A stretch of DNA of 64,000 bases from positions 19,654,001-19,718,000 of the forward strand of contig CM022673.1 in the NCBI GenBank assembly GCA_012295275.1, given 5' to 3'. The stretch's first letter is position 1, and the number at the start of each line of letters is the position of its first letter. Below the pieces are notes generated by a model that did no database searches, was not told where the DNA came from, and saw only the letters and a list, made by a program, of their open reading frames with translations. Origin of the DNA: Chrysomallon squamiferum. Its lineage: Eukaryota > Animalia > Mollusca. This document shows positions 50,330 through 63,730 of this stretch, in pieces. The position numbers and the translations under genes were made by a program.

Positions 50330-50520
50330 ACTAGCCAGTGGACCAGAATTAGTTCACTAGTTGCATTTTCGCAAGTACACTGAAGAAACGTTTGCAAGCA
50401 TATCAGGAAATCAATAACAAAATAGGCGATGGCTTTCATTAACATGTATCCAAATGATTTGGAGGCCAGTCTGGCAAACGACCTTCAACAGTTCGTGGCA
50501 CTTTTCAACATGGTTTGGCA
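50330..50520 (+). mobile_element. hAT transposase fragment
   Basis: LKKRLQAYQEINNK and YPNDLEASLANDLQQF match hAT/ZMYM1-like C-terminal motifs (KRxxAY...YPxDLE...ELxQF). Confidence 0.55.
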
Positions 50521-51832
50521 AGCAGGCTACAACTGATCCGAGTGCTTCTCAAATAGATAATGCAGCTGGTGATCAGTACAAATCGGCGAGACATTGCAGT
50601 TGCTCACATACCGTCTCATCAGAGATAATTCAATGCGCTTATTTTAATTATTTTGTTTATTCTTGGGGTTTCATTATATATTTATAATTTATCGATGAAC
50701 TGAGTGTAAAAGGTGAATAAGTTTATCGACGAATTGAGCGAACATCTGTTAGAAACTCAAGAAAAACTTTGGTGCTTATTCTACTTATTTAGTTTATTCT
50801 TGGTTTTTTTATATATTTCGAGGGGTTAGAGCCAGAAGGTCTTGAGTGCATATAAATATATAAGCATTTAAGACCTGATTCTAACCCCTCAATTTATAAT
50901 TTATCGATGAACTGAGCTTGAAAGATGAATACGTTTGCTATAAATTGACATTTCCTGTTAAAGGAATGTACAATCTTATAGACTGACATTTTCTTTATCG
51001 TCGCCCTTTAAGTTGTTGATCACACGCCAAAATCGTTTCACTTACGAGTAGATCACACGCCAAAGTAGCACCATTTCACATGCATTTCAAAACATACTGT
51101 AACTCTTTAAAATACTATCAAAGTTTCAAGTAAAATTTTAATCGTTTTCGTAATCTGATCTGGTTTTTGAAAAACATCTTTTCCGCACCGTTTTCCTCAA
51201 GAAAATACTACTCACATGACAACAAAACCAGTAGGACGCTGTTCGGCAAAGTGCGAAATACACAAGTGTGCACGCTAAAATAATCTCTTTATACAGCTTT
51301 TTAAAGCATTTATAGACAGAACGCAGCTGGATCAATATGTCGTTTCGAACTGGAAACAACTAGATATAATAGTAAATAAAATATGAGAAAATGCATTTAT
51401 ATTTGTGCTTGTGTTTTGTGTGTTTATTGGGACATTTACAGTTTTATAACAGTTTTTATCAATGACTAATTTTTCTATCTTTGATAGATATGTCATAGTA
51501 ATATAACTTCGATTTGTAATACAGGCAATACGGGTTACGAACGCCTCGAAGCATGAACAAATCGGATAACGAACCGCTCAGCATCCCGCGTCTCACTCGT
51601 TTACTTCACGTGGTTACCTCCTAAGAAAGTGAGAGCACTTGATAGTGCTGACAAGAAGAAGTGGATGAAATCATAAAAAAACACGACCGAGGTGTGCCTG
51701 TAGTCGACTTAAGAAGGCAGTATGAGTGTAGTACTTCTGCGATATATACCATACTGAAGCAGAAAGAGTCAATAAAGGCTGCAACTCCAGCCAAAGGTGT
51801 TAAAATAATTTGTCTGATCTCCAAGATAAATA

Positions 51833-53396
51833 CAGAGTTTAATTCGTTCCGTGACCGAGCTCGTAACTCAATTTACTCGTATATATAATCAATTTTCCCA
51901 AATGAAATTAAGTGAAATACAATTAATCCGTGTTTTTAATTAAGAAAATTGTATGTATAAATGACAAATATTGCATAAAAAACAAAATAAAAGAGAATGT
52001 AAAGAAATAAATTGGTTTTGTTAGGGGTTCTCCATCTTTTCATAGACAGAGCTCCACAGCTTAGAAATTATTTTAGCGCCTTTGGCTGGAGTTACAGCCT
52101 TTATCGACTAATTCTGCTTCAATATGGTATACCTTGTGTATAAGTCGAATTTTTGGGAGACTATATTAAGGTAATATTTTGGGGGTCGACTTATACATAG
52201 GTAATGCTTTTGTAGCTGTTGCTGAAGAGTCGCCATTTTGACTTTTTTTTGCTACGGGATGCATCTAAAATAATCGCGGTCTTTCAGCTTTTCAAAAATA
52301 TAATTTTATCGTATAAAAAATTTTGAAAAATTAAATAACAAAACCAAATATGAATGTAAAACATGATATTTTTCCGTTTAATGACATAAAAATACATTTT
52401 AAAGCGAGAAAACCGTCAGTACGGCCTCTTGCAATGATCTAGGAATGCAGACTTCTCTGCCAAATTGCACTAAATATCGGTCATAATTTCATAAACAAAA
52501 CTCACTTGTGTAATTGTAAAGAATTTGGTGAAATAATATTGCAATCGTCATTAATATCCACTACCGACAAATCGACTAAATATAACGGTAAGTTAGGTCT
52601 CCATGTTAGACCTATTACATTAAAGAGATACTATTTATGATACATTTAGGCTATAGCTCGTGTAATACATGCATTTACGTTATTATGGTATGTTCGTGCA
52701 AGTTACAGCTCGTGCAAGTTATATTACAGTAAGCGTTCATTGGTCTAAAAATAGTGACGGTGCCTGGAATCTACAGTCGACTTATACACAAGTAATACCT
52801 AAAATGACGCAATTTTTGGTCTTAAAATACACATCGACTTATACATAAGGTCGCCTTGTACACAAGTATATACGGTATATGGTAAAAGTACTACTCTCGT
52901 ACTGCCTAGCTATGTTGACTACACGCACACCTCACTCATGTTTTCCAATGATTTCATGCTTTAATTCAATGGAAATCATTCACTTCTTTTTCTCAGCAGT
53001 CCTTTGCACTCACTTTCTTAGGATCCATGGACATTTGGCTAAACACTGCACAAAATGCGAGCACAACACAACAGAAATGCTTCCATAGCGAGGTAACCAC
53101 ATCAAGCAAATGAGTGAGATGCAGGATGTTGGGCAAATGCTGTGTTGTTCGTTGTGCCAACATTCGCTTTTATTTTGTTTTTTTATACAATATTTGTTAT
53201 TTAATAAATACATTTTTCTTATTTAAAAACACGTCAAAAAAAAAAAAAAAAAAAATGTAGTTTTGTTTTGGGGGGCTGGAACGGATTAATGTTATTTCAA
53301 TTAATTTCAGTCGGGAAAATTGATTTGATATATGATCAAATTGCGTTACAAGCTCGGTCATGGAACGAATTGAACTCATACATCAAGGCACCACCG
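51833..53396 (-). mobile_element. Tigger/pogo element B, inserted in inverted orientation into element A
   Basis: ~100-bp TIRs (51835-51931 vs 53281-53377), TA on both sides; minus-strand MDPKKVSAK...ISIELKHEIIGKHE*GVRVVNIARQYESSTFTI/YTILKQN*SIKAVTPAKGA. Confidence 0.75.
52132..52875. mobile_element. Tc2/pogo-type MITE (CCGTATATAC...TATAAGTCGA ends) inserted into element B
   Basis: Right end reads CCGTATATACTTGTGTACAAGGCGA on the minus strand; GTATAAGTCGA repeats; TA TSD at 52130-52131 and 52876-52877. Removing it restores TFTIYTILKQ in element B. Confidence 0.8.
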
Positions 53397-54449
53397 TAAT
53401 TGCAAAACATGAGAGTGGTGTTCATGTGTTCGATATCGCTTCAGTTTACGCACAGACTTCTGGAACGAATTAAGTTCATAACCCGAGGTTCCACACTAAT
53501 ATTCTGTGAAATTAATATCAAATACATAGTGTGTGTCTGTGTATGTGTGTATGCTTTTAAAAGCATTTATAGATGATAAAAAGTTTGCATTTAATAAATA
53601 TTTTATTTTACATATTTTGATACAACAGTGTTAATAGTAATTTATTTAAAGTGAAAGGGTTCGTATTTTTATTGGGACTTTTATAATTTTATTATACTGA
53701 TTCATCCTTTTTCTTCCCCTCTCCTACGACAGATGCTTCATAATATTACTTCAGTAAATTTCTCACAGAAATAACTTTCAGTGAAACTAATACGCTCTAC
53801 TTTGGCGTGTGATCTACAACTTAGATCACACCCCAAAGTAGCACCTGTGAAATTTCTTGTCTGCAGCTTTATGAGACCGAGACTGTGCCTCTTTTTTAAC
53901 AGAGAATTATAGTTTGTACAACACTGTACTAATTAATAATATTTGTTATTATATAATTTTTTACAAGATTACTTTTGAAATCCAGATCCCAGTATGAGAT
54001 TCCCCTCCATCATAATACATCTGCATTTGTGGATTATAGGAGTTACTTTCTTTCTCCTTAGAACTTGCTACAGTAATGATGTGTAGTTAAAATGAGTTCA
54101 TGATCATTTATTTGCTGTTAATATGACAAGATATAAGAGTAAATAAATGACTAAAAGTCTCTTACATTTATAATACAAATATAATAAATGCTGGGATGTC
54201 AAATTTGTGATGACATTAATTATAACATAAATTAACAAAGGGAATAAATAATTATTCTTTATTAAATAAGCACCTTAATTTTACAGTAATATCAAAATTT
54301 TAAATGTTAATTGAAGTTTTAAAAAGGAAATTTTCTTAAATTTCCTATATATAATTACTGTGAAGATCTCTTAGATCAAGGGACAAGTAATGATGTCTTG
54401 TATCTTAGCAGTTCTACACAATATGTTTTTTTTAAAGCCCCACTCAGCA

Positions 54450-56598
54450 ATCAGTTTATTATATTTACTGGTATTTTTTTAATTATGTCCATTCTAAAAA
54501 GAATTTTATATAAATTGTGGAAACTGTTGTAACCCACTAAGTACATATGGTGTAATAATCGTCTATAGGTAAACTGTCTTTGATAAATTAACAATTCTGG
54601 GTAATTTTTTTCTACGAGAAATATGACTAGATACATCATCAGCATCCATATTCCTTGTCATAGCATGACTGTTATAAAAACATTCCTGAAACCAAGAAGA
54701 AAATGTAACTAAAGTAACTTGCAGACTGTTGTATCTTCTCCAGTGGGAGTATTTTATGGGCAAGTATGTTGAAAAACATGACTGACCCGTCATCATAGAA
54801 TTATCGCCACAGTCCCACAACACATCCATAATCTGATAACGTTAAAAAGTGAAATACATTATTAAAAATAGTAATGGCAAAATAGATATAAAAGATAAAA
54901 TGTCTAAAAGAAGATGAATTAAGTTTACTGAATTCAGTTTTATCTAAAAAAAATTATGTAAAAAGTAATTTGTAATAACTTTACTTACTCAAAATGAAAT
55001 CTCTAAATTGACCCATTTTATTGCAATTAGCTCTCCTTGCATTGTTGGAGATTTAAAATAGTAGATGCATGGATGCCCCAGTATTAATAAGTTTAAAAAA
55101 TATGTTGCTTCTTCTAATAAAAATACATTTAAAAAATAATTTCCAAAACGATGCATAAATTTCTAAATTTGTGATCCTAAGTACCTAAATACAAAACAAA
55201 ATCCTTAATATTATACAACATATATATATATATATTTTTTTTTTTTTTTGAAAGCCTGTAATACAGAAATAATTAACATATTTGTACAATAAACTCACTC
55301 AGAATCTATAGTGTCAGTACTGGTAGGATTACATTCTTTTATATGGTTTAACAGGAACATAAGAACTACTAGAATTAATGCTAAGGATATTAAAATAGTT
55401 ATTTTAGAAAATTATTATTATCCATTTATTAAAATTCCAATAAATATTTGTAATAGTAATATTTAATAAGTAGAATGACTTTCTAACAGCAGCTAGATCA
55501 AGTTTTGCATTTACAAAAGAAACAAAAACATCTAAATAAACTATTATTACTTTAAATATTTAGTATTATCTTGGTATGGATTGTAAATAAAAGTTAATTT
55601 AGTTAATTTAAAGTAAATTAAAAATGTTACATCAAAAAGACAGAAAACATAATTAAAGCAGAGATATAAAAATAGTAATTAGAAGAAAAGTAGTTTGATT
55701 AATTATTTTATTTTATTTTTTTGCAGTTAAGTGGGATTATTATTTATACTTTATTGCTTATTAGAAATTTCTTCACAGATCACATCAGTAGAAGAATCAG
55801 CTCCTGGCACACAAGCTCCAGTTAAGCCAAAATGTTTTTCACTACTAATCAGTTTAACAGAGCTCATGTTTGCTACTTTATATTATGATTACTGATCTTT
55901 TAGCCAAACTGTAAAACAATTTACATTTTAAAATTATGATAATCTAGGTTAGTTATGTTCTTTCTTTTTGTTTAAGTTTCATGTGTTTTTATTTAATTAT
56001 TTTAATTTTTCCAGGTTTTGGCATTGCTAAATATGAGAATAATTATTAAAAGTGTTTGTAAAAATTTATTTTGACTATTTTTTCTATTTCACTGACGATT
56101 TTAAAAATTAGGTAATGAAGGCTGTTAAATACGATTACTAAACTGAATTCCAAAACAACCTTCTACATATATATATATATACACACACACACACTACTGT
56201 AAACTAAAATAATATTCAGGTACAAATATCTGAAAAAAGAATGATGAAAAGTCACATTTAAAAAAAAAAATTAAAAATGTAATATTTAAAACAAAATTAA
56301 AATATAAACATTAATAAAAATGTAACTAGTATTTGGCTGCATTTCGAATATTTCAACACAGCTGCTTTGACAGCCTCACACGTCTTTAGTATCTGATAAA
56401 CTGTTCATGTAAAGGTTGTTACTTACAATTCATTAAATGCATGTTTTCTAAAGCCTATAAGTAAACCATTAATTAAATTACAATGTCATCATGTTAATGT
56501 ATAACACTTAACAGTGTTAAAAAACCCAACTAAAATCATATTTTGGATCAGTAAATGTGTTATCTGAAATGGTAATCTTGTGCATAGACACATACTGA

Positions 56599-56631
<33 letters not shown>

Positions 56632-56900
56632 GTAATTAATATTACAGTGTTGGGGTTTTTTCATTCAAGAAAATGTAATTTTTAAAATGTATAAAATATA
56701 TATTTCAGTACATATTTCTATTTGTTTTTTAATTATGAATCAGTTTTTAGAACTTAGAAATCTATTTTTATCAGAGTATCACTCACATTTTTTTGTTAAT
56801 TTTTGTATGTGTATATATATATATATATATATCTAAACAAGAAAAAAGTTATACCTGAAAATGTGTTTAATAACCATTTGAAGCGAAGCGGTAGCGCCCG
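54450..56900 (-). pseudogene. Spliced minus-strand unit: signal-peptide sORF (52 aa) or decayed secreted-protein gene
   Basis: Exons ending 56855, then 56454-56427, 55380-55299, 55113-54989 and from 54832; all GT-AG. ATG 56442 gives MHLMNSLILVVLMFLLNHIKECNPTSTDTIDSERSNIFFKLINTGASMHLLF* (TAA 55055-55053). The downstream end is approximate. Confidence 0.4.
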
Positions 56901-57003
56901 ATTCCTTCAAAATAACCCCTCAAGAGCGACAACTCGTCTGCAGTAGTAAACATCAAAATAACTGTGAAATTACCTATTCACGAACGACAACTCTTAATCA
57001 GGC
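56870..57003. promoter_or_regulatory. CpG-rich promoter upstream of GALNT11, probably bidirectional
   Basis: Local CpG cluster (gcgaagcggtagcgcccg...), with a minus-strand donor at 56854 immediately to the left and GALNT11 to the right. Confidence 0.5.
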
Positions 57004-57389
57004 ATGATCTCACGTTCATCTATCAATTGAAATAGGTCAAAAACAATATTTAACTGAGTAAGTCTGCCTCTGTAAAGGTCTTGATCAAAAGAAAACTTTA
57101 TTGAACAGTTATTGCAAATTTGATAAAGATATGGCTTGAAATAAGTTTTTGGTGATTTAAGATGTCAAAATACCATACCCGGCAAGTGGATTTTTGAAAA
57201 ATATAATGCGGTATCTTTTAGACTATTATAGATAAGATAGCTTCAAAAGTTTTTTGTTTTTACATTCAGGAATTTTTTTATTTTTTATTTATTTTTTTTT
57301 TTTTAATTGGTATACGTTACATATTCATTTGACAATAATAAAAGAAAAGAAAAGAAAATAGGCCTTAGCTTTGATATTAAAATCCTACG
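57004..57389 (-). repeat. Dispersed ~385-bp repeat (MITE-like), copy B
   Basis: Reverse complement aligns by eye with 7790-8175. Confidence 0.7.
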
Positions 57390-57945
57390 TGTATGTGATG
57401 ATGTAGAGGTACCAGTTGATAAAGTAAAATAAGAAAAAAATAGAAGAAAAAATTCTGGTGTTAGACATTCCAAATGTTAAATAACATGTACAAAATAACA
57501 TGATTTAACTAAATGCTTTTTTGTTGTTTTTTGTTTTAGTTTTTTTGATTTATAAATGTGAGGGGGGAATAATACCCCCCCCCCCAAAAAAAAGCAATTT
57601 TGCCAGCAAAACATTGAGAGCTGATGATATAAGAAAGGAAAACTGCAGATGCCACTTCACTGGATAGTGTTTCCGAACTGAATCATGAATGGACCCACAA
57701 TTTAATTTTATTAAATACTCATTGGTAATTTTCTTTCAAATTAATCAATAAAATGCTAGCTGAATTTAGGTTAACTGGTGCTTGGTGAGATCTTTCAACA
57801 GTAATTAAACTAATGTAAGTAAATACTTGATATATTTACAGAATATTAATCTATTGATGTTGTATTTGTTATTTTTAATGTATTTATTTTTCAGATGGCA
57901 TAATTTGGATATGATAGTTCTGGTTAAAATATAACTCAGAATTTC

Positions 57946-58209
57946 ATGTCTTATTTTGGAATGCCAAGACTTCAACAGTTCAAGCTAATAGGATTTATTT
58001 TAATTGCAATTACAACAGCTGCATTTCTTCTCAATCACATTTTGGGAAATATATCCGGTGAAACCAAACAAAGAACAGGAAGATGGAAAATAAAGTCAAG
58101 ACAAAGCTTGAAAAGGACTCTGCCTGAACCACCTGATGAATATGACACTCAAAATCATAATAAGTGAGATTTTTTTAATGAAAATAATAGTGATCTTTAT
58201 TTCTTCTTT

Positions 58210-58240
<31 letters not shown>

Positions 58241-61200
58241 GGCATGACTTGTCTCAATATGAAGATTCATCTGGTTTTATTTATAAATGGTTATAAATGT
58301 TCAATTTTCTGCAACAGTACTAGGATGTATTGGATCACAGTTTTATGTAAATTAAATAAAGACATGAGTGAATAAACCTGCAGAGAATGTTAACACCTCA
58401 AATCTCAATAACCAAATTCTGAAATTTACATGATTTAAGACATGGATATTGACAGTTATTGGCCAAAATTTCAAGTTAATATATTTATAGAACTTCTAGT
58501 AGTTTTTACATAGGCCAAATTCAGAATTAGATATCCAAAATAGTAGTTTTGGTAAATCTTCAGTATTTGTCTCTTTCAAATGTGTAGCATCAAACATGCC
58601 CATATTCCTTCTGATTATGGTGTTTGAGATAAAACTGTAAAAGGAGTCAGCAAGAAATATGTCAAATATCCTTGTCCACAAATGAGAAAGCAATTGTGTT
58701 AAAACCAGTTGTTTCTAGGGACTTAAATTCTGGAGCATAAGTTGATCTGATCCATATGCAATTTATGAGTCATAAGCAACAATACAAATGGATGATTTGT
58801 TATATGTTAACATGAGGATAGGAGAATTTAATTTAAATGATAAAATGAAAAGATAATAGATGAAACAACTTTAGGAGGTATGTATAAAATAAGTAACTAA
58901 GTGTACAATACCTGAGATTTTCATACATAATTCATAACTATTGAGAGGAATATTGTTAAGGAATTAATAAAACAGTACAAATATATTAATTATTAATGAC
59001 AGTTAGATTTCTATAGTATTGTTTATGATAATAAATGTAAGATAAAGTTGCTGTTTCTAGTGTACTAATTACCTTCTGTTTTGCTTTTATAATCTCATCA
59101 ATTACTTTACAAGCAAATTCGATAGACCAATTTTAATTTTTATAACAGTTAATAAATTTAATGTACTGTCTTCTACATAATTATGATTTTAAAGCATAAG
59201 GTGTCATTGTTATTTGCCTAATTAATCTTTTTTAATTTACAGCTATAGTGTTGATTATTTGTATCAACTAGGTCGAATTCTTTCACCATCAGATCAGAAA
59301 AAACATAATGAAGGTAAGATTTTAAAATTTTTAGTCAAGTGCTAAATACTATTCTAGACAGATTGTACATGCACTTTTATAGTCAGCAATATCTTTTTAT
59401 ATCACCATGTTTATGAAGACGTATATAATCTATGAAGTGCAACTCTGCATTACAAATAAATAATTTCATATAATATTTTACACTCACAAGTTACTGTTTT
59501 ATTGTTTTGGGTAACCTAATAGTGTTCATAATAAATTATTACTATAAAATAATACTGCTATAAAACATTCGATGACTGGCCTTTGCCCCATAACTACTGG
59601 ATTATACAACATATACTTGGCAATCTGATCATTGTCAACACCACAGTAATTTTAGAGTTGGTACATAACTGCTAGTCCTGTCCACAGTGACATCATAACT
59701 ACTTCAAAAATGTAACATTACCCAAATATGTTTATGTTCAAATCTTTTGTTGTACTACTTCATTATTAAGTGCGATTGGATGGCAGAAGACAAAACATAA
59801 CTTGGATGTTTATCTGTATATATTTAGATGCATCATCATTTCAGTGAAAGTACACTTAAAAGTTGACAGACAATATTCATTCTCTACACCAGTCAGTTTA
59901 CTGTAATCTTATTTTGATAAAATGCTTTAAACTAGTCTTTTGTTATTATACATCATCCTGATTGTTGCAGGTTATCATCAGCATGCCTTCAATACTCTGA
60001 TAAGTGATAAACTTTCATTTGACAGACCGATACCAGATGTTCGTAATCCTCTGTAAGTATTAATGATAGAAAAATGTAGATTTTACAAGTAAAACTATAA
60101 TAAAATAATGGTAATATTCAGTTTGAATTAATATCTAAATTAATTACATCATGCCCTTTAATATCCATTAGAAAAATGTAATACCACTTAATATTCAAGC
60201 TACCAGCCTCTGCACCTACAGCTTCTGGGGTTGTCATAGATAATTGTTTATATACACAGTACTGGATTAGTGAATTAGGAGCAGATCAAAAGTTTACCAA
60301 CCCTAATACTAAAAGCAGTGGAATGTCTAATTTAAATGTCTATATAGGACTTATAACATTGATGCATAGTTCTTAACATTCAGTAAAACTGGTATGAGTT
60401 TAACTCAGTTATCTTACGACATTTATTATTTTATTATTTTTTTCTGTGTGTCATGAATCTTGTATTTTTCTTTTTATAGACATTCATGCCTTTCAAAATA
60501 TTTTTCTGTTTTCATATAACCATTGTTAGATTAGTAAATTATAAAGTTTCCATGGTGTACAGAAAACAAATAATTGGTAAATAAATGGCAATCTACCAGT
60601 CACAAGTCGTGGTTTAACCACTTAAAATGCCAGACCATATAATGAACTGAAATACTAGAGATAGGACCCAAAATAATTAAACCTTGGAAGACTTCTTCTG
60701 AATTATATGAATGTATTTGATTTTTGTTAGAAAGCTAATTCTGTAATTCTTGAAAAGCTTTATAATTGAACAATTTTACTGTTATTGTTGTTGTTATTTT
60801 ATCATCATGAATATCATCATTATTATTATTGTTCATAATATAACATGTATGTTTTCAAGACAAAAAAATTATTTAAAAATGTTACAATGTTTTTCAGCTG
60901 CAAAAATAAACAATATCCACAGAGTCTGCCAAAAGCTAGTGTTATAATCTGCTTTATTAATGAAGCTTTGTCAGTTTTACTTCGAACAGTACACAGTGTC
61001 ATCAACCGAACCCCAAATGAGATTCTCCAGGAGATAATTTTAGTTGATGATTACAGTGATAACGGTAATTTTATTCTATTTTATTTTTAATTTTTGCCTT
61101 CAAATTTTAATGAATTTGTATTTCATAAATTTTAAAATCATTTACTAAGGGTGAATTAATAAATATTTATAGAAACCATATAAAAATGTGGGAATCTCAA

Positions 61201-63730
61201 GATGATGTTATTAGTATGTGCTTTGGAGGAATCCCCAGTTAGGAATTCTTTTACTTGATGATAATCAAGGTAGAGTAAATTTTCTGTCAACCCAACCCCA
61301 AATTTGTTTATGTATTGTAAAATAAAAATCAGAAATTATTTTGTAATTAGAGTGATAAGTTATAAAGATAGTGAACTTTCACCTTTTTGTGCTGCATATT
61401 TATTCATTTGGAAATGTCATTTGCTGCACTCTGTCCTAAGTGTGTCACTGCTAAATAAATATAAATCTTTGAATAGGAATACAAGTTATTTGTTGATGTT
61501 CAATAAGCTAAATTTAAGGCACTAAGTAAGTTTTATCCTTATATTTATAGGTGTGTTTTTTAAAAAGAATTTACACGTTTTATCATCTATTAATATCAAA
61601 GTTCATGCTATTGGCCTTAACATAACACGTGAATGGCATTTCCAGTATGTGGCATTCTCAGTTGATGAAAAATATGTGTATTTATTTTCACTTCAAGAGT
61701 GCTAATCTACAAACAGACTGTTAAAACTGACTTTGTTGACAAATGATTTATTCTGCCCAAATATGTGATCTATTCTAATTTCATAATAGGGTACAGTGGA
61801 TTATTTTGAAAAATAATTTCATCTGCCTCATAGTCAAATGTGTATGTAATTAGTGAATATTCATTGTCATCTACCCTTTTCTCTCTGCCATCTGCTTTAC
61901 ACAGTGACCACAGAACAAGACATTGTTCTCATTGGAGGTGGATGGGTATAACTGGCAGAAAAGTTTTTACTTGCAAAACTTTATAATATCAGGTTTTACT
62001 TAAGAATCAATATAGTTAGTTTTTGTTTTGTTCTTTTTGTTGAATTTTATTGAAAATGACAACAGAATATTTATGATCCACTGTGTCACAGCTCAGTCAG
62101 TTTACCTAGAGTATGAAATTAGATATGTCCAGTTAATGGTGAAACACTCCTTAATATCCATCCAAAACAGTATTTGAGATGAGATTTTTCATTTATGCCT
62201 TTAGCATCATTTTCGATATTAATCAGTGTTGTTTTTTGTTTTTTCATAATATCTGTATTTAATCCTGTTATTTGTATATTTGACTGATTTTATTGTTAGT
62301 TCTTTTAATAGCTATGTTTGTAATTTTTTAAAATATATTTATGTATTAATTTATTTGCAGAAGAATTAAAAAATTCTCTGGAAAATAATCTGAAAAATTT
62401 ACCAAAAGTTAACTTACTTCAAGGGTCATCAAGACAGGGCCTTATTCGTGCTCGGATATTTGGTGCTGCTCATGCCACTGGAGAGGTAAAAGAAAGGCTA
62501 TAAATGAAATACCCAAATGTGTATATTAATTAGTAATATCATTTATTAAAAGTGAAAGTTAAAAAAACCCATTCCATTAATGATTAAGTATTTGTGTCAG
62601 CAAAAATTATAAATTTATATAAAATATATTGGAATAAATACATATTAGATGAAATGTATATGCAAACATTTTGTGTGTTTGGGTGTGGGTGTGAGGGCGT
62701 GTGTGAAAGAAGGATGGGAGTATTTTGTTCAGGTAATTGATCTGGTTGTTAGAAAAGGAAGCCAAACTGAATACCATTATTTAAAAAAATATTTAAAGTG
62801 TTTTTGTTTCATTCAGCATGACATACGTCCAGACATTGGAGATTGCTTAAAAGAAATTCACATATGTTTTTTAAATAATGAAAATATGGAACTGAAAATT
62901 CAAGAAAAACTGACATAATTACAATTGATATATGTATCCAAGAAATTGGCAGAGTTCTAAGTTACTTAAATACAATTTTTTTTAACAATGATGGCTTTAT
63001 TTTGTGAAAGAAATATCAAGTTACAGTTGTAATCTTTATTTTTGCCAGTGAATACATTCGATCAAGATACATGTTCTGTATTAATTCATATTTACTATTA
63101 ATCACTGTAAACAGAAGATGATTGCAAAATATTATTATTGAGTCTCCTGTGCATTAGATACAATAGGGCTATTTAAATATTCCCAGGAACTTGAAATCTT
63201 AATTCAAATTCAGATAAATGTTGAGGTGTGACAGTATGTTTTAAAATTATTTATCTTTTTTTTTTCTCTATGATTTCAACTATAAAGAAAATTAATAATT
63301 TAACACACACACACAAAGAAAAATGTACAAACTCAGATAAAAATGTTTTAAGACAAGAGCCAATAGAATACTAGTGAATTTCAGTGAGTCATGCACAAAA
63401 TGAAAATAGTTATCTATCCTGTGAACATTCCTTTTGATTAGCAGAAAATAGATTAAACTAAAAAACTGATTTGTTCTTTTCACAGGTTATTGTATTTTTG
63501 GACAGTCACTGTGAAGTAAATGTACAATGGCTGGAACCATTGTTGGCTCGAATAGACAAAAACAGAAAATCTGTTGTTGTGCCTATCATTGATATGATTA
63601 GTCCTGATACTTTTCTATATGAAGCATCTCCACTTGTCCGAGGTGGTTTTAACTGGGGACTGCACTATCGCTGGGACCCATTCCCAGAAAATACAAGAGC
63701 AAATATATTACTTCAAGTGGAACCTCTTAT
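57946..63730 (+). CDS. GALNT11: Polypeptide N-acetylgalactosaminyltransferase 11-like (5' part; gene continues past the window)
   Basis: Exons 57946-58163, 59243-59313, 59971-60052, 60898-61064, 62361-62485, 63486-63730. Type II TM segment, then [67 protein letters not shown] (DxH), [17 protein letters not shown], as in GALNT11/Pgant35A. Confidence 0.9.

Larger units (their letters stand above)
51522..53496 (+). mobile_element. Tigger/pogo element A (CENP-B-type HTH remnant)
   Basis: ORF 51661 EIIKKHDRGVPVVDLRRQYECSTSAIYTILKQKESIKAATPAKGV is a TIGD1-like N-terminus; TA-flanked TIR-like ends CAGGCAATACGGGTTACGAAC / GTTCATAACCCGAGGTTCCACAC. Confidence 0.7.
50955..53901. mobile_element. Outer non-autonomous element with GATCACACGCCAAAGTAG subterminal repeats, hosting nested insertions
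   Basis: Motif at 51018 and 51051 (+) and as a palindrome at 53797-53841; TTAA near both ends. Superfamily uncertain. Confidence 0.45.

Noticed and set aside
57621-57681. TGATGA...CTGA as a C/D snoRNA
   Set aside because: No terminal stem or rRNA-complementary guide recognised.
59560-59850. Minus-strand LNNEVV...TYLG stretch as a LINE RT fragment
   Set aside because: Plausible but too degraded to support.
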